A stretch of DNA of 64,000 nt from Antedon mediterranea (GCF_964355755.1 NC_092673.1:6572001-6636000), one strand, 5' to 3'. Positions 12,255 through 26,458 are shown, numbered from the stretch's first letter. Notes: generated from the sequence alone by a model not told the origin. Program-made: numbers and translations.

Positions 12255-13573
12255 AGTCTTTTAAAATATAGCTTTGTTGTAAAAGTAGGTGTTCTTGTGT
12301 CACGTGAGAAGACGTAACACAATACTGTATTGACTGTGTTATAACATCATTATTTCAATAAACAAACTAGAGTTATTATAGTGGTATCATAGAACTATTT
12401 ATAGGTCCATAGTGGTTCTAAGGGAAGGCCTACATAAATGTTTTTGATATGGCTAAGCAGCAGTTTCCAAACTTAAATTTTCAATTTAAATTATGGTCTG
12501 TGGTTTCACAGGCAATCACCTGGCCAAATCGGATTCCTTGATCTGGGACTGGCTGGGGTGGTAAGTAACGACCAGTCGCAGCTCCAGTTCATTTTGAAAG
12601 AGAGGCAGATCGCTAGTGAGGGATTAAAAAAAATAACCATATCCGTGGCATGCGCAATACGCGTCGCTTGCTTAGTTTAAATTACTATAAATTATAGGTC
12701 CATGGTTTACCAACAGCATACAATATATTACACATTAAAACACACCAAACAAAAACAATCTTTCGACGAAGATTTTTGTTTGTTTTTCTTAAAATGTTTA
12801 TACTAACACTGTATCATTCATCGATCTTTGTACCTCATATAAATACTCGTTATCATTAAACCAGTCATGTGGAAAGTCTAGAACATCAAATATAAATACT
12901 GTAGGATCACAATTGCTATATTATTTGCTATATCAAATCAACAACCATCTTAAGCTATCAGTCTTGTTTAGTTGTTTTTATTAATCTTTTTTATACCAAT
13001 TGCATTTTTGAGTACTTTTAAAATAGGTCTAAAATACAAGCGGTAGTAGGTGTGCTAATCCAAGAGTGAGACTCATGAAATGACCTGTTTTAAATACCGA
13101 GTACAAAGAACATACTACGGTTGTTATTTGTTAGAAATGATAGCTTTAGTCTACATTGAATTACATGCTTGTCGATAGAAGCATGGCTATTTTATAAGGC
13201 GTACACAATTATAACTCAACCAATTTTTAAATGCCATTTGATTGGTTGATTTCATAGCACGTTGCATTTCGTCCCAATCAACTGTTAAAAAGTGATATTA
13301 TTCAATGTTTTCTAGCTTTTGTAACAACAATGAACATTAACAAATAGATAATTGTATCACGTGGTGAGAATCAATGCGACTGCATCGTCTATCAATCTTT
13401 ACCTAAGCCTAGTGACACCGATAGGTTTTACATTGAATGTAGGCCTATTTGTTAAATGGAGAGAAATGTTCATTCTTTAAAATACGTAAATGTTCTATTT
13501 AACCTAAAAAACATCGAATATTTTTACTACTGTATCATTTACCAACACTTATTTCTTAATCATTTTATATCAG

Positions 13574-16248
13574 GATTTAGAAATAAATCCGTTTGAAACA
13601 ATAGGCCTAGCACCTCATCCTCATCAAGAGCCTATTGACTGCTATCACAACTTAGAGAAGTTATTAACCATAATAGAAACACAACCAGAAAGAAGTAAGT
13701 TAATGATAGCCATGGTTATTATTTTGGGCAGCATCGGCACTGTATCTACAAATATAACTATTCGTCCATAGTGTGATATTTTTATTTGTTTTTATCTGCA
13801 TTCTTTCTATTATTTATTTACATAATGACATAATAATAATTTCTAATTCCACTTTTAATTAAGGTTAATTAGTTTTCTTCATATTTGCGTTTTCCTTTGA
13901 AAATATTTAGTATTTTTTCTAAATTTGTTAACAGCATACTTATTTCAAACGTAACAACTATAAATGCAAATGAAAGTATAAAACGCAATAATATAAATAG
14001 ATATGCTAGAAAAACCGATTTTCTGTCTCAACTTCTTAGAAAATTGGACTAAAAGGGTTAGAAGATTCTTTCCAAAACGAACGCGCAGCTGTCACACTAA
14101 TGCCTGTGACAGTACATTTCATTTCAATCCTGGTCACCATTGTCGACTTTGTAAAAACATCGTCTGTGACGAATGTTTTATGCATGTTCCGGAAAGAATA
14201 GTAGGTATGTTATTCTTTTAAATTAAGCTTAAAACAAAAGTATTATGTTTACTAAGCCGAAATCCAATCAAACATCTAAAGACAGAATTTTTAAAACATT
14301 ATTTTTTACCATTAATTAATATATATATACAGTATATCTTATTGAATTCCTGTATTGTTTTTTTTGTGTCAATTTGTCTACTAATTATCAATGTGTTGAT
14401 TGTGGCAGTAATTACGGCAGCTATAGTTATCTAGGATCGTTCATATCCATTACAAAGTGTCATTTTTAATAGCAAAACCATGTGTGTGTGTGTGTGTGTT
14501 ACTTATTGTTTAAATGATGTATTGTATGCATTTCATTTTTTGTCTTTAAAATACAGATACACTGCACAGACAAAAGGGCCAAGGAAATTTAAACAATAAG
14601 AACATCAAGGCGTGTCAGGCTTGTAATGAACGAGTCAAAGAAGAGTGGCTGATGTACAGCATAGACATACCAGATGGAGTTAGCATACAGGTAATACAAT
14701 GCTCAGTAATTAAGCGTAAGAACTATGTTTAAACAAAGTGGCGATAGACGAAAATTGCGTTTTTATTTTATTGGGTGTAGAATCATAATAAACCGTTGGG
14801 GGCGCTAATATATTTGTATGCACAGAGCAATCTCGATATTTATGTTGTAAACCTTAGAGTTAGATTAAAATAAATTTAAACAAGAAATATTTCTTACAAA
14901 AAATTGACGAAACAGTTTTAAAGATATATTGTCCCTCTGGAAAATAAATTTGTTTTTGAATGTGTCATTTTTGTTGTCACATGTGACATAATAGTTATTT
15001 TACCAGAAGAAATGTAACGTAAAGCAAAAAACACTTAAATTGTCTGTCAGACAACGGTTTTTGAGTTATAATTAAACGTTTCTTTTCTCTTTTTATATGT
15101 GAATAAATATAATTTTTTTGTTACAGAAGTGAATAACTTTGATATGAAATACAGACTCAATTTCTGTCACTTTAGTACAAACATGGAACTATAGTTATAG
15201 TTCCATGGTACAAACAAAAACTTTCATGGACTGTTTGATTTACAGTATTATATAATATCATGGGACTCATAAATACCAGAAATGCTTACGGATTTGTTAT
15301 TCAACCGTTAGACTCTTTTATCAGACGTTTTTTGGGACCTATAAATTATAGTCGAGTTTCCATTTTAGCAAAAATGTCAGTCTCTCAGTACTAAAACTGC
15401 TGCTTGCTTTATATCGGATTACGTCATCTCTTGTGACGTAGCAGGCTAGGGCAGCAGCGTGAAAAAATTGTTTAGCGAAATTCAATCACATGCGTATTTT
15501 AACATATTTAAAACAAAATTAGGCCTATATTAGGCCTATAAATATAAGTGGTGATAGAGATTGCCAATTGCGATTTTATTTAGTATGATAATTAAGATAA
15601 ACGGTTGGGGCACTAAGGGTCAAATTATATTTATGTTGTAAAACTAATAATTAAATTGAAATTAAATAAAAATGATTTGTTTATAGCGAAATTCAGAGTC
15701 CAATTGTTTTTTTGAATTGATGCAATACAACATTTACTTTAATACTTTTATTTTCCTAGAAACAAAAAGCTGAATATCGAATACAAAATTACAACACTGC
15801 TGTTAGAGAAGTAAGGTAAATATACAGAAATTGACAGAATTGGTACAGTATTGAGAAAAGATACACATCACAGTCATTATCACAATTGAATTAGAAACAC
15901 CAACTTGCGTTATAAAAGAATTGTACTATATATACAGTAGAGCTATGATATCGTTTCTTATATACGCATGCGCATGTTCAGTTAAAGATTTCGGATATTA
16001 CAAATTAAATTCGATGTTTCAAAAGTTTTATTTCTGTCATTAATTTTTAATTAAAAGATAAAACATTGAAAATAATCATGTAAAATAATATTATTTTAGT
16101 GTTTTATACGAATTTTAACAACACACAATTAAACGACAATACTTAATATCTTTTCAGAGAAAGAACGAGGCTCTATCAGAAAAAACGCTTACATCAAATG
16201 CGCGACCGTATTGATTCCATTCTCGACGAATATGATGAAACTTTGTAA
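13574..16248 (+). CDS. FYVE-like zinc-finger gene, copy 1 (5' end not located; terminal exon missing)
   Basis: Phase-compatible GT-AG exons 13574-13694, 14001-14204, 14557-14690, 15760-15815 and 16158-16244 give ...RSCHTNACDSTFHFNPGHHCRLCKNIVCDECF...IKACQAC... plus a helical tail. Without the last splice the frame stops at TAA 16246-16248. Confidence 0.72.
14481..14499. repeat. (TG)n microsatellite
   Basis: Direct reading; shorter in copy 2 (~55451). Confidence 0.9.
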
Positions 16249-18211
16249 GTTAGTATAATTATTGATTATAAAAATTGCTACAATAGATACATTATGCGAA
16301 ATAAATAGAGCAACAGAGGCGTGTGCTTTCGGTCCATATTGAAGGTAAAGAGATTTTAATAAGAATTTGTGACGTCACCAATATATCGAATTTTTTGAAA
16401 ATCAATATGTAAGTATAAATATACCTATTACACCTAACGCCCAAACGCTATAATTGGCAACACCATTTATATGACCTCAGAGCCTGCAATGGATACGCAG
16501 TAACCATTAAACCTTGTTTCAGAAGGGTCTTTAAAAATAAAATCAAAGTAAAACATATCGACAAAGACAAGACTATCATAATGTAGATAATAAGGATATA
16601 TGTAATAAACAGAGTGTCTCTTTCCCAACATATGAGTAAAACACAGCTCAAAAAGCTTTCCAAAATGAGAGGGCACTCGATTCTTTAGCGTTCAGTATAG
16701 ATAGGGTCTAACTGAAAAGTTCAATTCATTCGCATTTATTCAGCAATATAAATATTAACATTACAGGGATTTTATAGAGACAAGTAATTGTCTGTAGTCG
16801 TAAAACCCTTTAGAACAAAACAAATATTATCACCACCTTTATTCATTCAATGTTTCATTAACAACAATTACAGAATCTCTAAGCATTTTCTAAATTATTT
16901 CGTTATTTTCTTATTTTTATCCTCTTTAATATTAATAATAATTTTAATATTTTGGCCTATACGTAGTACCCCATGTTTTCTTAATGTATATATTTGTTTT
17001 GTCTACTACACTTAAACATATATATATATGTTTACATTTACCGATTTAGTTACATATATAAAAAAAATCCATGCAAACGCAGATGGAGCTGAAAGATTTA
17101 ATTTGCATTATATGGTGGCGGACACAACTTAAAAACATTTGTAAAAATAACGGCCTTTTGATAGATACTTTATCTATCAGGTCTTCCGCAAAATACATAG
17201 ACTGGATAACTTTAGATGATCATAACATACTTATTATTAATGTATATTATTATATATCGTTTCAAACAATTGATTGAACAAACATTCATTCACAGACCCT
17301 ATAGGCTGCTATCATAGAACTAAGAAGTTCAAAAATGGAAATGGTGATCCGCGATTTGGGTGTAGAACGGAACAAATCTTCCTTTGTGTTTAATACAGTT
17401 AAGTTTAAAAAATGGTATTTACACACAAAAAACATACAAAATAGCAGTAAGTAAGCAAGCACTAATGTAGTATTATATGAACACATTTAATAAAGCGGCG
17501 GAACTACCATAGTCAAGCTACTTTGAAGGAAAAAAAATCAATCAAAAACCGGCCCTATGCTCTAGATCGATTTTTCTCTAAGATCCAATGATTGGAGTTA
17601 ATTTTGAAATAATTAACTTTGAAACCTGTGTTTGAATTTATAAATACACAAGAAATCTAGCTTTACAATATTAAGAACGGCTTATTACAGTAAAATTAGT
17701 TCCTCAATAGTTTTTCTACATAACTAAATTATTTGTTCGTACTACCTCCTTTTTTAACCGACACTCGTTTGCGAATTCAATATTAAGGAGATATCGCACC
17801 ATTATGAAAACGATAACAATGTTTTAATAAGACAGTATAAACGCTCTTTTTCGCAGTGGGCTTGTTTTATTGATTGTGACTAAAACCCAGACACCAAACC
17901 GGGATTGAGCCCTATTGAAGGTTTTTATCATTTTACAAAATGATAAAAGCGTTGTCGGACTATAAAAGCGGACATTTTGACTTGAAGTTTAAAATACCAA
18001 GAAAGTACCTGCATACCTCCCTCCCTGCTGCAACAAGGAAAATATAAAAAATATAACGTAAGCAATATAGTATGTAAATTATCATGTTCTCAAAATGAAA
18101 CTTTGTTTGTACATTACAAAAAAGTTACATGTGACAAATCATGTGAAGTTGCATCTCAGGTAACTGTTTAATACACAATTATACGTCATCCAAATAGTTG
18201 ACACTGTTGAT

Positions 18212-21200
18212 TTAAAGGTTATACGTCTTCATAACTTTTGCTTTTGCCCTTTTCCATGTAATTCTCTTCCATCCTCTAGGAATATCAGCCTTATTAGCAT
18301 TATAGTATTCAGCAAGTTCACTGTTGTAAGTTGCCATAAACCATTTCCAGAAAAGTTCTGCTTTTCCTTCTAATGGTTCAATTTTCCAGGACTTGTAATA
18401 ATCGTTAACACTTCTATAATCTGAGTATTTATATAATTTACCAAAAGTATCTTCATTTCTAAATCCATTATCCTGCCTCATTGATGTTGTACAAACCGTT
18501 GTACTGAGTTTCTTAGATTTAGCGTATACATATCCCGCCACCCCCTTAGGTCTGTGAAGTTCTGTTCGATGACTATCATATGGATTATTAGTATGAAGAT
18601 CACAAAGTCCATTGCAAAATGGACATAACTCATGACAAGCTAAAATATCACATGTAAAAAATACCAAACAGTCTTTTTGTATTTTACCAAAAATACTAAT
18701 ATCATAACCTGTGATTATGCTGTCTTCGGCGAGGTTAAGTTCCAACAACAAATTGTCTTTGAGCTCTTCCAAATCTATAATTCTATCTTCGTCAAACATC
18801 TCAATGTCTCTTTTGACACGTAAGTCTTTATTTATCCTTTTAGTTAAAGATGGCCACCAATACTTCATTGTGCTTGTTCCTTTCTGACACAAAGCACTGA
18901 TAGTTTGCCTTAGCTCAGCAAATATTTCACGAACATTGTGATTATATACTGCTTGCAGTAACGTGTTACCCGTGTTATTGGTTTGGAAACAAGCTTCCTT
19001 GATATGTCCACGAATGAAGTTTTCAATAGAGTGTATGGGATCCGACAAATACTGGACAAAGCTTTCGAAGTTATGTTTCTCTGCCATTGCAATCATGAGT
19101 AAATGCGCATGAACAGACATCTTATTAGTAAATAGTTTACTAGAAGAGTTCCTCAAATGGTCGATTACTCCGATTGCACATTTGTTTGGGAGAGAAACTA
19201 CAACTGCACTTTTAATCTCTCGAGATATTACCGATGCCATCTTAACACTTATTTGAAGCTCTCTGCATTCATCTCTAAACATATGCCATAACTTATTCTT
19301 TTGAAATTTCATGTACAATTTCAGGTCGTGTTCACGTCTATACTGCTCTTGCATTTCTTGTAAAACGGGTACAAACCACTTGAAATTACAGATAGCAAGT
19401 CGAATCCTTCCTTTCAACGTAAAGTGAATTTTGTCATCTATTTTCATCGCTCCAATTTCACTTAGTAAAGAAGAAAAAAGATCCATTCCTAGCTGTTTAG
19501 TGTAGTTACTTCCTTCAGATATGTGACCTCTGATTGTTTTACTAAACTTGTCGCGGATTTTATGTAGGCTCGAATTTGCTTCAGCCAAGTAAGATCGCTT
19601 ATCCAGACGAAATGTTAAAAATCTTTGATCAAACAAAACGTTAAAATGTAAGTCCTTTTCTTGAACTTCAATTTGAGAAAGATCAGAAAGCAATACACGA
19701 GAAACTTCATCTCGATCACGCTTTAAATTTGACTCTACAACGATTCTTTCAAAAGACTCTACTACATCGATGTTATCTTCACCACCGGGTATGTCGGATA
19801 TCCACTTATTCCAATTCTTAGTAAACTCACATTTAAGATTTGCGTCAGATAGGTTTTTAATTCTATGATCTTCAGCCAATTGTTTAGATTTTTGAAAAAT
19901 TTCTTTTTCATACATGTTAAATCTGGCATCGATTTCAGCTCTTCCAATGATTTTATTTCTAACTGATGTAATTCCGTCATTCAATTCTTTTGTAGTCTCC
20001 TTACAAAGATCATCAAGTTGTAGTTCCATTTTGGCTTTCCATTGACAAGCGATGGTTTCTTCATCAAAATAGCCATTCATGCTAGATTTAAAAGTAACGA
20101 TGTCTTGTTCTAATTTCTTCCAATAACGGTCGAAGATATCTTTTCCATTGTGTTCCATCTCTTCAACTGTTATTTGCCTACATTCATTTCGAAGCTGGTG
20201 ATTGTATATCATTGCATTTCTTCTAAATACACGAGATTGCCTCAGATATTCTGTATTCAAAGCATTAAAGGCTTGTATTTCGAAAGAATTTTTGAAGCTG
20301 AATACAAAATGTTGGCATAAAATTGCGTTCCAAAGATCTGTAAGCATTATTGCGAATCCATCTATACTTCTTGGTTTGGAATTTCGCATGCATTCTACGA
20401 CCCGTTGTTTTACTTGAAGAATGCTGTTGCTGTAACCAGGATTAGGTGGCGCCATCGGTGGATCACCTTGCCACAGGCTGGGAACGTACACTATGTCTTT
20501 GTTTTCTTCAAAATGTATGACATCGGAAAACGATTGATATTTTCCACTGCAATTTTCTTTGGCCGCAGCAATTTTTGTAATTTTATCCAACATTTCTCGC
20601 ATGCTCCTTTTTTGTGTTGTATTCAAATCTGATGCTGCTACGTCAGTAACGTTTTGATGCAGAAATATGCAGCTAGGGTTGACATTAACATTTTCCATTT
20701 TTATAAATGCATGAACAGCAATTTGAAGTGTGTCTTGCATGTCTGTAGGGTTCTCTCCCATAATATTTAATATGGTAAGATTACCTAAACCAACAACAAA
20801 TGTAGCTAGCTCGTTGTCATGACTGTAACTATGTCGAGAGCTGGCGAATTCAGGAGATCGCAAACCCTCGGTGTCAACCACCAAAAGGTAGTCACACTTG
20901 GTTTCTTCGTTTAATCCTGAATCCAACGGCATCATTTGGGCAAAGACTCCTTTAGTACACCTGCCAGCGCTGACAGCAAAGTGTAAACCAAACATGGTAT
21001 TTAACATGGTGGATTTTCCACTGCTTTGAATGCCTAATACAGACAGTACAAAGAGTTTCTTATTGCCAACTTGGTATTTAAGAGATCTGAAAACGGCTTT
21101 GATCCAAGTAAGCGGCACATGGGATGCATCACCATCCATTAGCTCAATTGGATAACCATGTAGTAACATTTCTGCAGTAACTACTGCTAAATCGGAATTA

Positions 21201-21546
21201 TCTGTTTGGAGTTTTAAGTCTGATGACATTTCGTAATTCTGTCCGATTTCTCTGTTGAAATGTTCTAATCCTAATGATTCACGTGACAGCTTCTGCTCTA
21301 GGTCATTAAGTTTGTCTTTCATTGATTGTAATGATGCTTTCGTCATTTCTGGTTTACATTTCGTTGCGTTACATAACCTGTTCCACTTTTCGATGTACTC
21401 AATTCGTATTGGATGCAGTTTGTCGATGCTATATCGGTCGGACATTAACCTAATAAACCCATAGAAATATTTCCTTTTTACAAGTGAGTTCTTAAAAGAC
21501 GCTCTAAACAACTTATACGTACACTTCTTAAGTTGGTGTTGGTTTA
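18212..21546 (-). pseudogene. VLIG/GVIN-like GTPase copy 2, 3' part (GTPase domain and C-terminus)
   Basis: Open frame paralogous to roughly aa 458-1564 of copy 1; homology stops at the left end of the Helentron nest (21547). Confidence 0.92.
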
Positions 21547-21601
21547 TTGGTTATCCGCACTTGGCGGATAACCCCTTGTTATTGTCAGGATCTTTTTTTT
21601 T

Positions 21602-22824
21602 GGTTATCCGCACTTGGCGGATAACCCCTTGTTATTGTCAGGATCTTTTTTTTTTTTTTATTTTTCTTTTTCTCTTTTTTTTTCTATTTTCTTCTTTCTT
21701 TCCACAAATTTTGTTGCTAGTGTATCTCTAAATCTTCTTAACATAACATTGTATAACTTTATCAGAAGATTAACCTCTAACTGAAGATGTCGTAATAAGG
21801 TTTTCAGTCGCGTCCGAGTTGCGCAGCGTAAGTTACGCGCGATTTTATGAATTTCAATGATTGATCATAGAATAAAAACTAAAAGTTTTTTTGTATTGAA
21901 ACTTGGTGAAAATTTAAGTCATATCATGCGCTAACTTTCTATGGAGAGAAAATGGCATGTTTTAAAGAAAGTTACGCGCGCACGCGCGTTTAAAATTTCA
22001 AAATGCGTAAAATCAATTTCTAATCAACTTTCTAGGCGTTTCAGGTCATTTTGAGCATTTAAAAAATTCCCACGTGTGCGCAATTTTTTTACGCGCGCGT
22101 GCGCACTTAGCCCAAAAACATCTTTTTTTTCCTTGATTTTTGTTTTTTCAGCCTTTTCTAGTAAATTTACCAATTTTCAATCAATTTCGACTTAAAATCA
22201 CGTCATACGAGCACGTAGAATTGAACAATTTGCGCGCGTTTTTGATGAAAAAGTTCAAAAATTCGTCAAAATTATGCCTTTTTTAAAACAGTCATAGATT
22301 CTAAACTCTGTGGCGAACTTTTTTAAAATTTCAGATTCTGGAAGTAGATTAGTTGTAGATAACAAATCATGCATCGATATGGCTAACCGGACATTGTGAC
22401 GTCATCGTATGGCCACCCGAATACAAAATATAGGATTTTTTTCTCTTTCATCATAGCTCGTCAAATTTAATAGAGCGCATCTCTACTTATCCGTATTCCA
22501 TTTCCCTCAATTTTTTTATTTTGTCTAGGTCAATCAATTATCTTTCGCATGATATACCGTTTTTAAAATTGTGATGACGTCATCATGTCCAAAAGCGTCA
22601 ATAACTTTGGTCACTTATTTTCACCTATTCTGAACTGTATGTAGTACGTATACAATATATAGTGTATACCGTGTATACTTAGACGTGACGTAAAATAGAG
22701 AGCGCACTAACATTTTTTCAATGGCATAATGTTTTTCTCTGGGCAATATTCTAACGTATGACGTGCACGTGGCTTTTGCTCTGCGGATAACCTAACTCGT
22801 CCGTAGTGACGAGTTCAAATCTAG
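21602..22824 (+). mobile_element. Complete non-autonomous HINE (E2), ~1.22 kb
   Basis: Left hairpin/subTIR at 21602, T-tract, body, then right subTIR + stem-loop + CTAG ending 22824. Confidence 0.9.
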
Positions 22825-25559
22825 TTGGTTATCCGCACTTGGCGGATAACCCCTTGTTATTGTCAGGATCTTTTTTTTTTGGTTATCCGCACTTGGCGGA
22901 TAACCCCTTGTTATTGTCAGGATCTTTTTTTTTTTTATTTTTCTTTTTTTTCTATTTTCTTCTTTCTTTCCACGAATTTTGTTGCTAGTGTATCTCTAAA
23001 ACTTCTTAACACAACATTGTATAACTTTATCAGAAGATTGAACTCTATCTGAAGATGTCGTAATAAGGTTTTCGGTCACGTCCGAGTTGCGCAGCGTAAG
23101 TTACGCGCAATTTTATGAATTTCAATGATTGATTATAGAATAAAAACTAAAAGTCATTTTGTATTGAAACTTGGTGAAAATTTAAGTCTTAACATGCTCA
23201 AACTTTCTATGGATTAAAAATGGCTTGTTTGACAGAAAGTTACGCACGCACGCGCGTTTAAAATTTCAAAATGCGTAAAATCAATTTCTAATCAACTTTC
23301 TACGCGTTTCAGGTCATTTTGAGCATTTCAAAAATTCCCACGCGTGCGCAATTTTTTTACGCGCGCGTGCGCACTTAGCGCAAAAACATCTTTTTTTTGC
23401 TTAATTTTTGTTTTTTCCGCCTTTTTTTTAGCAATTTTACCAATTTTTAATCAATTTCGACATAAAATCACGTCATACGAGCACGTAGAATTGAATAATT
23501 TGCGCGCGTTTTTGATGAAAAAGTTCAAAAATTCGTCAAAATTATGCCTTTTTTAAAACAGTCATAGATTGTAAACTACGTGGTGAAATTTTTTTAAATT
23601 ACATACTCTGGAAGTTGATGAGTTGTAGATATCGAATCATGCATGAATATGGCTAACAACACATTGTGACGTCATCGTATGGCCACTGGAATATAAAATA
23701 TAGAATTTTTGTCTCTTTCGTCATAGCTCACCACATTAAATAGAGCGCATCTCTACTTATCCGTATTCCATTTTCTCCCATTTTTTTATATTGTGTAGGT
23801 CAATCAATTATCTTTCGCATGATTCACCATTTTTTTCAATTATGATGACCTCATTATGTTCAAAAGCATTAAAAACTTTGGTCACTTATTTTCACCTATT
23901 CTGCACTGTATATAGTACGTATACAGTACATAGTGTTATACTGTACTTAGACGTGACACAAAATAGAGAGCGCACTAACATTTTTTCAATGGCATAATCG
24001 TTTTTCTGTGTGCAATATTCAACGTATGATGTGCACGTGGCGTTTGCGCTGCGGTAAACCTGAATCAAATTTGTTTATTTTTTTTTCTATATTCTTCTTT
24101 CTTTCCACGAATTTTGTTCGCAGCGTATCTCTACTTCTGGTCAACATAAGATTGTATAACTTTGTCAAAAGATTGACCTGTAGCTTTAGATGTGCAATGA
24201 TGTTAGAGTCGCGCAGCGTAAGTTACGCGTTATTCTATGGAATTTTATGGTTGCTCGTAAATTTTTAAGACAAAATTATTTTTCAATGAAACTTTACGAA
24301 AGTTTATTTCATAATATTGTGCAACTTTTGAAATAATAAAAATGGCGTGCTACGCAAAAATTACGCGAGTACGAGTGAAATTTTAAAATGCGGAAAATTA
24401 ATTTCTATTTAATTTGTGTACATTTCAGGTCATTTGGAGCTTTTCAAAATTTTCTAAATTGTTTGCGTTTTGCGCACGCACATGTGCGCACAGCTAGTAC
24501 AAAGCGTAGAAAATATGTTTTGCAATTGATTTTGTTCATATGCCTACGTTTTATAGTAGATTTATTTCATTTTCATGATTTTTTTTTGCAAATTAACGAT
24601 GCACGTGCATGTTGAACTTTAGAAATCGTGTGCTAAAGAATGGGTAATATAATACAAATTTGTGCAAAACTATTCCTATTTTTATTCAGTTATAGCTCCT
24701 CAGGATGGCAGGTTACCCCGTTTTTTTTATGTATTATGGAAGCTAATGAGACGTCACCATATGGCCACTCGAATTTTGAAAATAGATTTTTTTCTCTTTT
24801 GTATTAGTTAATCCCATTTAACTGAGCGCATAGTGCCAATGCGTTTGAACAATGTTCTTGACAAATCAATTTTCTTTCACACATGAGTTAACAAAGTGAC
24901 CCACGTGATTAACATTTATGGAAATGGTTGAATTGTGGATATAAAGTCATATACAAATTATGTCCATCTGATTTCATGACATCATCATATGGCCAGTTGA
25001 ATTTGAATAGTCAGATTTTCATCTATTTCGTAAAACTTAATCGTGTTTAAAATAGAGCGCATCTCAGGTTAACTTGCTCCAATAGATATAACATTTCTGA
25101 TAAAACTAATATTATCACAGCATGACTGTTAAAAATAATCTTTTATTTCAAGCAAATTGAAGAAAACACACAAATCTGTATAAAATGTTCCGTATACCGG
25201 TATTTATATAAGCTTTCATTGGTTATTGCAAATGGTACAAAATTGTCAACATATAGTAGGCTGTTTATACTATACAGTAGTTCATCAACATTTTGGTGAT
25301 CAGTAACTTTACTTAGTACATTATTACATGGTAATTTGTTAGTTGAGGATTCATTAAACGCATATTTATTGATCTATTTATAGAAGATTCTTATTTTTTA
25401 ACAATCATTAATATGATTAATAATTTAATCTTTAGCCGCGTTTAGACAATTTTCATGAAAGAGCGAATGACTGCATTAGTGACTGCCTAAGAATCCGGAT
25501 CCCATTATAATTGAAGAAATGAAACCATTCCACTGAACACCTGAAAACGAAAACAAAAT

Positions 25560-26330
25560 AAATTGATTATTCTTGCAAATGTGTAAATTACTGTATTAGT
25601 AATTTCATGTGGACCTGCATAGATAGAAAAAAAAAACTGAAAGTATGTATGGACCTAATGAAGTATTGGAAATCGTATAAAACAAAATGTATTTCTTCTT
25701 CTGTAAATTGTAACTTTTTATTTTTAACATTACTTGAATACCGGTAGATATTGAAAGATTATTATGTGCAGAGATTGCAACATTGCATATTCAAATTCAG
25801 AACAATATTTATAATAATATAACTCACATAAAAACAAGATTAAAATGTGTTTACTCACCAGATATTGTTTCTCCTATACAGGAGAATGACATGGGTTGAA
25901 GTTACAGATTATTCGCTGCCCCTCTTGCATCGATAATAAATTGATTATTTTTCCAATTGAGTAAATTACTGTATTAGTAATTTCATGTGGACCTGGATAG
26001 AAAAAAAAAGAATATAAAAAAACAATTATACAACTGAAATTATGTATAGACCTAATGAAGTATTGGTAATCGTATAAAACAAAACGTATTTTCTTCTTTT
26101 GTGAAATGTAACTTTTTATTTTCAACATTACTTGAATACTGGTAGATATTGAACGATTATTATGTACAGAGATTGCAACATTGCATATTCAAATTCAGAA
26201 CAATATCTATAATAATATAACTCACATAAAAACAAGATTGAAATGTGTTTAGACACCAGATATTGTTTTTCCTATACAGGAGAATGACATGGGTTGAAGT
26301 TACAGATTACTCGCTGCCTCTTGTGCATAG
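25560..26330. repeat. ~378-bp direct duplication downstream of the transposase ORF
   Basis: gtaaattactgtattagtaatttcatgtggacctg at ~25583 and ~25961 with colinear flanks. Confidence 0.85.
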
Positions 26331-26458
26331 AGGGTCATAATGATTTTCAGCTTGTTTTTATCAAATTGGTTTTTTTTAATTTGTATCCAGTTCTATTTTC
26401 AATTCCTAAAAAGTTTTTACAGAAATATAATTCAAATACTTAAAAACCATTGATGCAA

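Larger units (their letters stand above)
1565..16833. repeat. Tandem segmental duplication, copy 1 (GTPase + FYVE-like cassette)
   Basis: Colinear high identity with ~16915-60947. Homology ends at caaatattatcac (16833 vs 60947). Confidence 0.92.

Noticed and set aside
13040-13200. Upstream coding exon of the FYVE-like gene
   Set aside because: Conserved between copies but with frame-breaking indels and no clear splice pair, so it cannot be supported.
18212-21511. Independent 1099-aa gene starting at 21511
   Set aside because: The track start is a TTG (Leu in copy 1); homology continues to the insertion point at 21546.
21549-24070. Simple tandem duplication or assembly artefact explaining the doubled left ends
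   Set aside because: Bodies differ at many sites, and the two surplus left ends are matched exactly by two headless bodies at 43932-46255. Nesting explains all ends, though long reads are still needed.
22806-24615. Short ORFs within HINE bodies
   Set aside because: Low-complexity, Phe-rich translations of T-tracts, not conserved in frame between copies.
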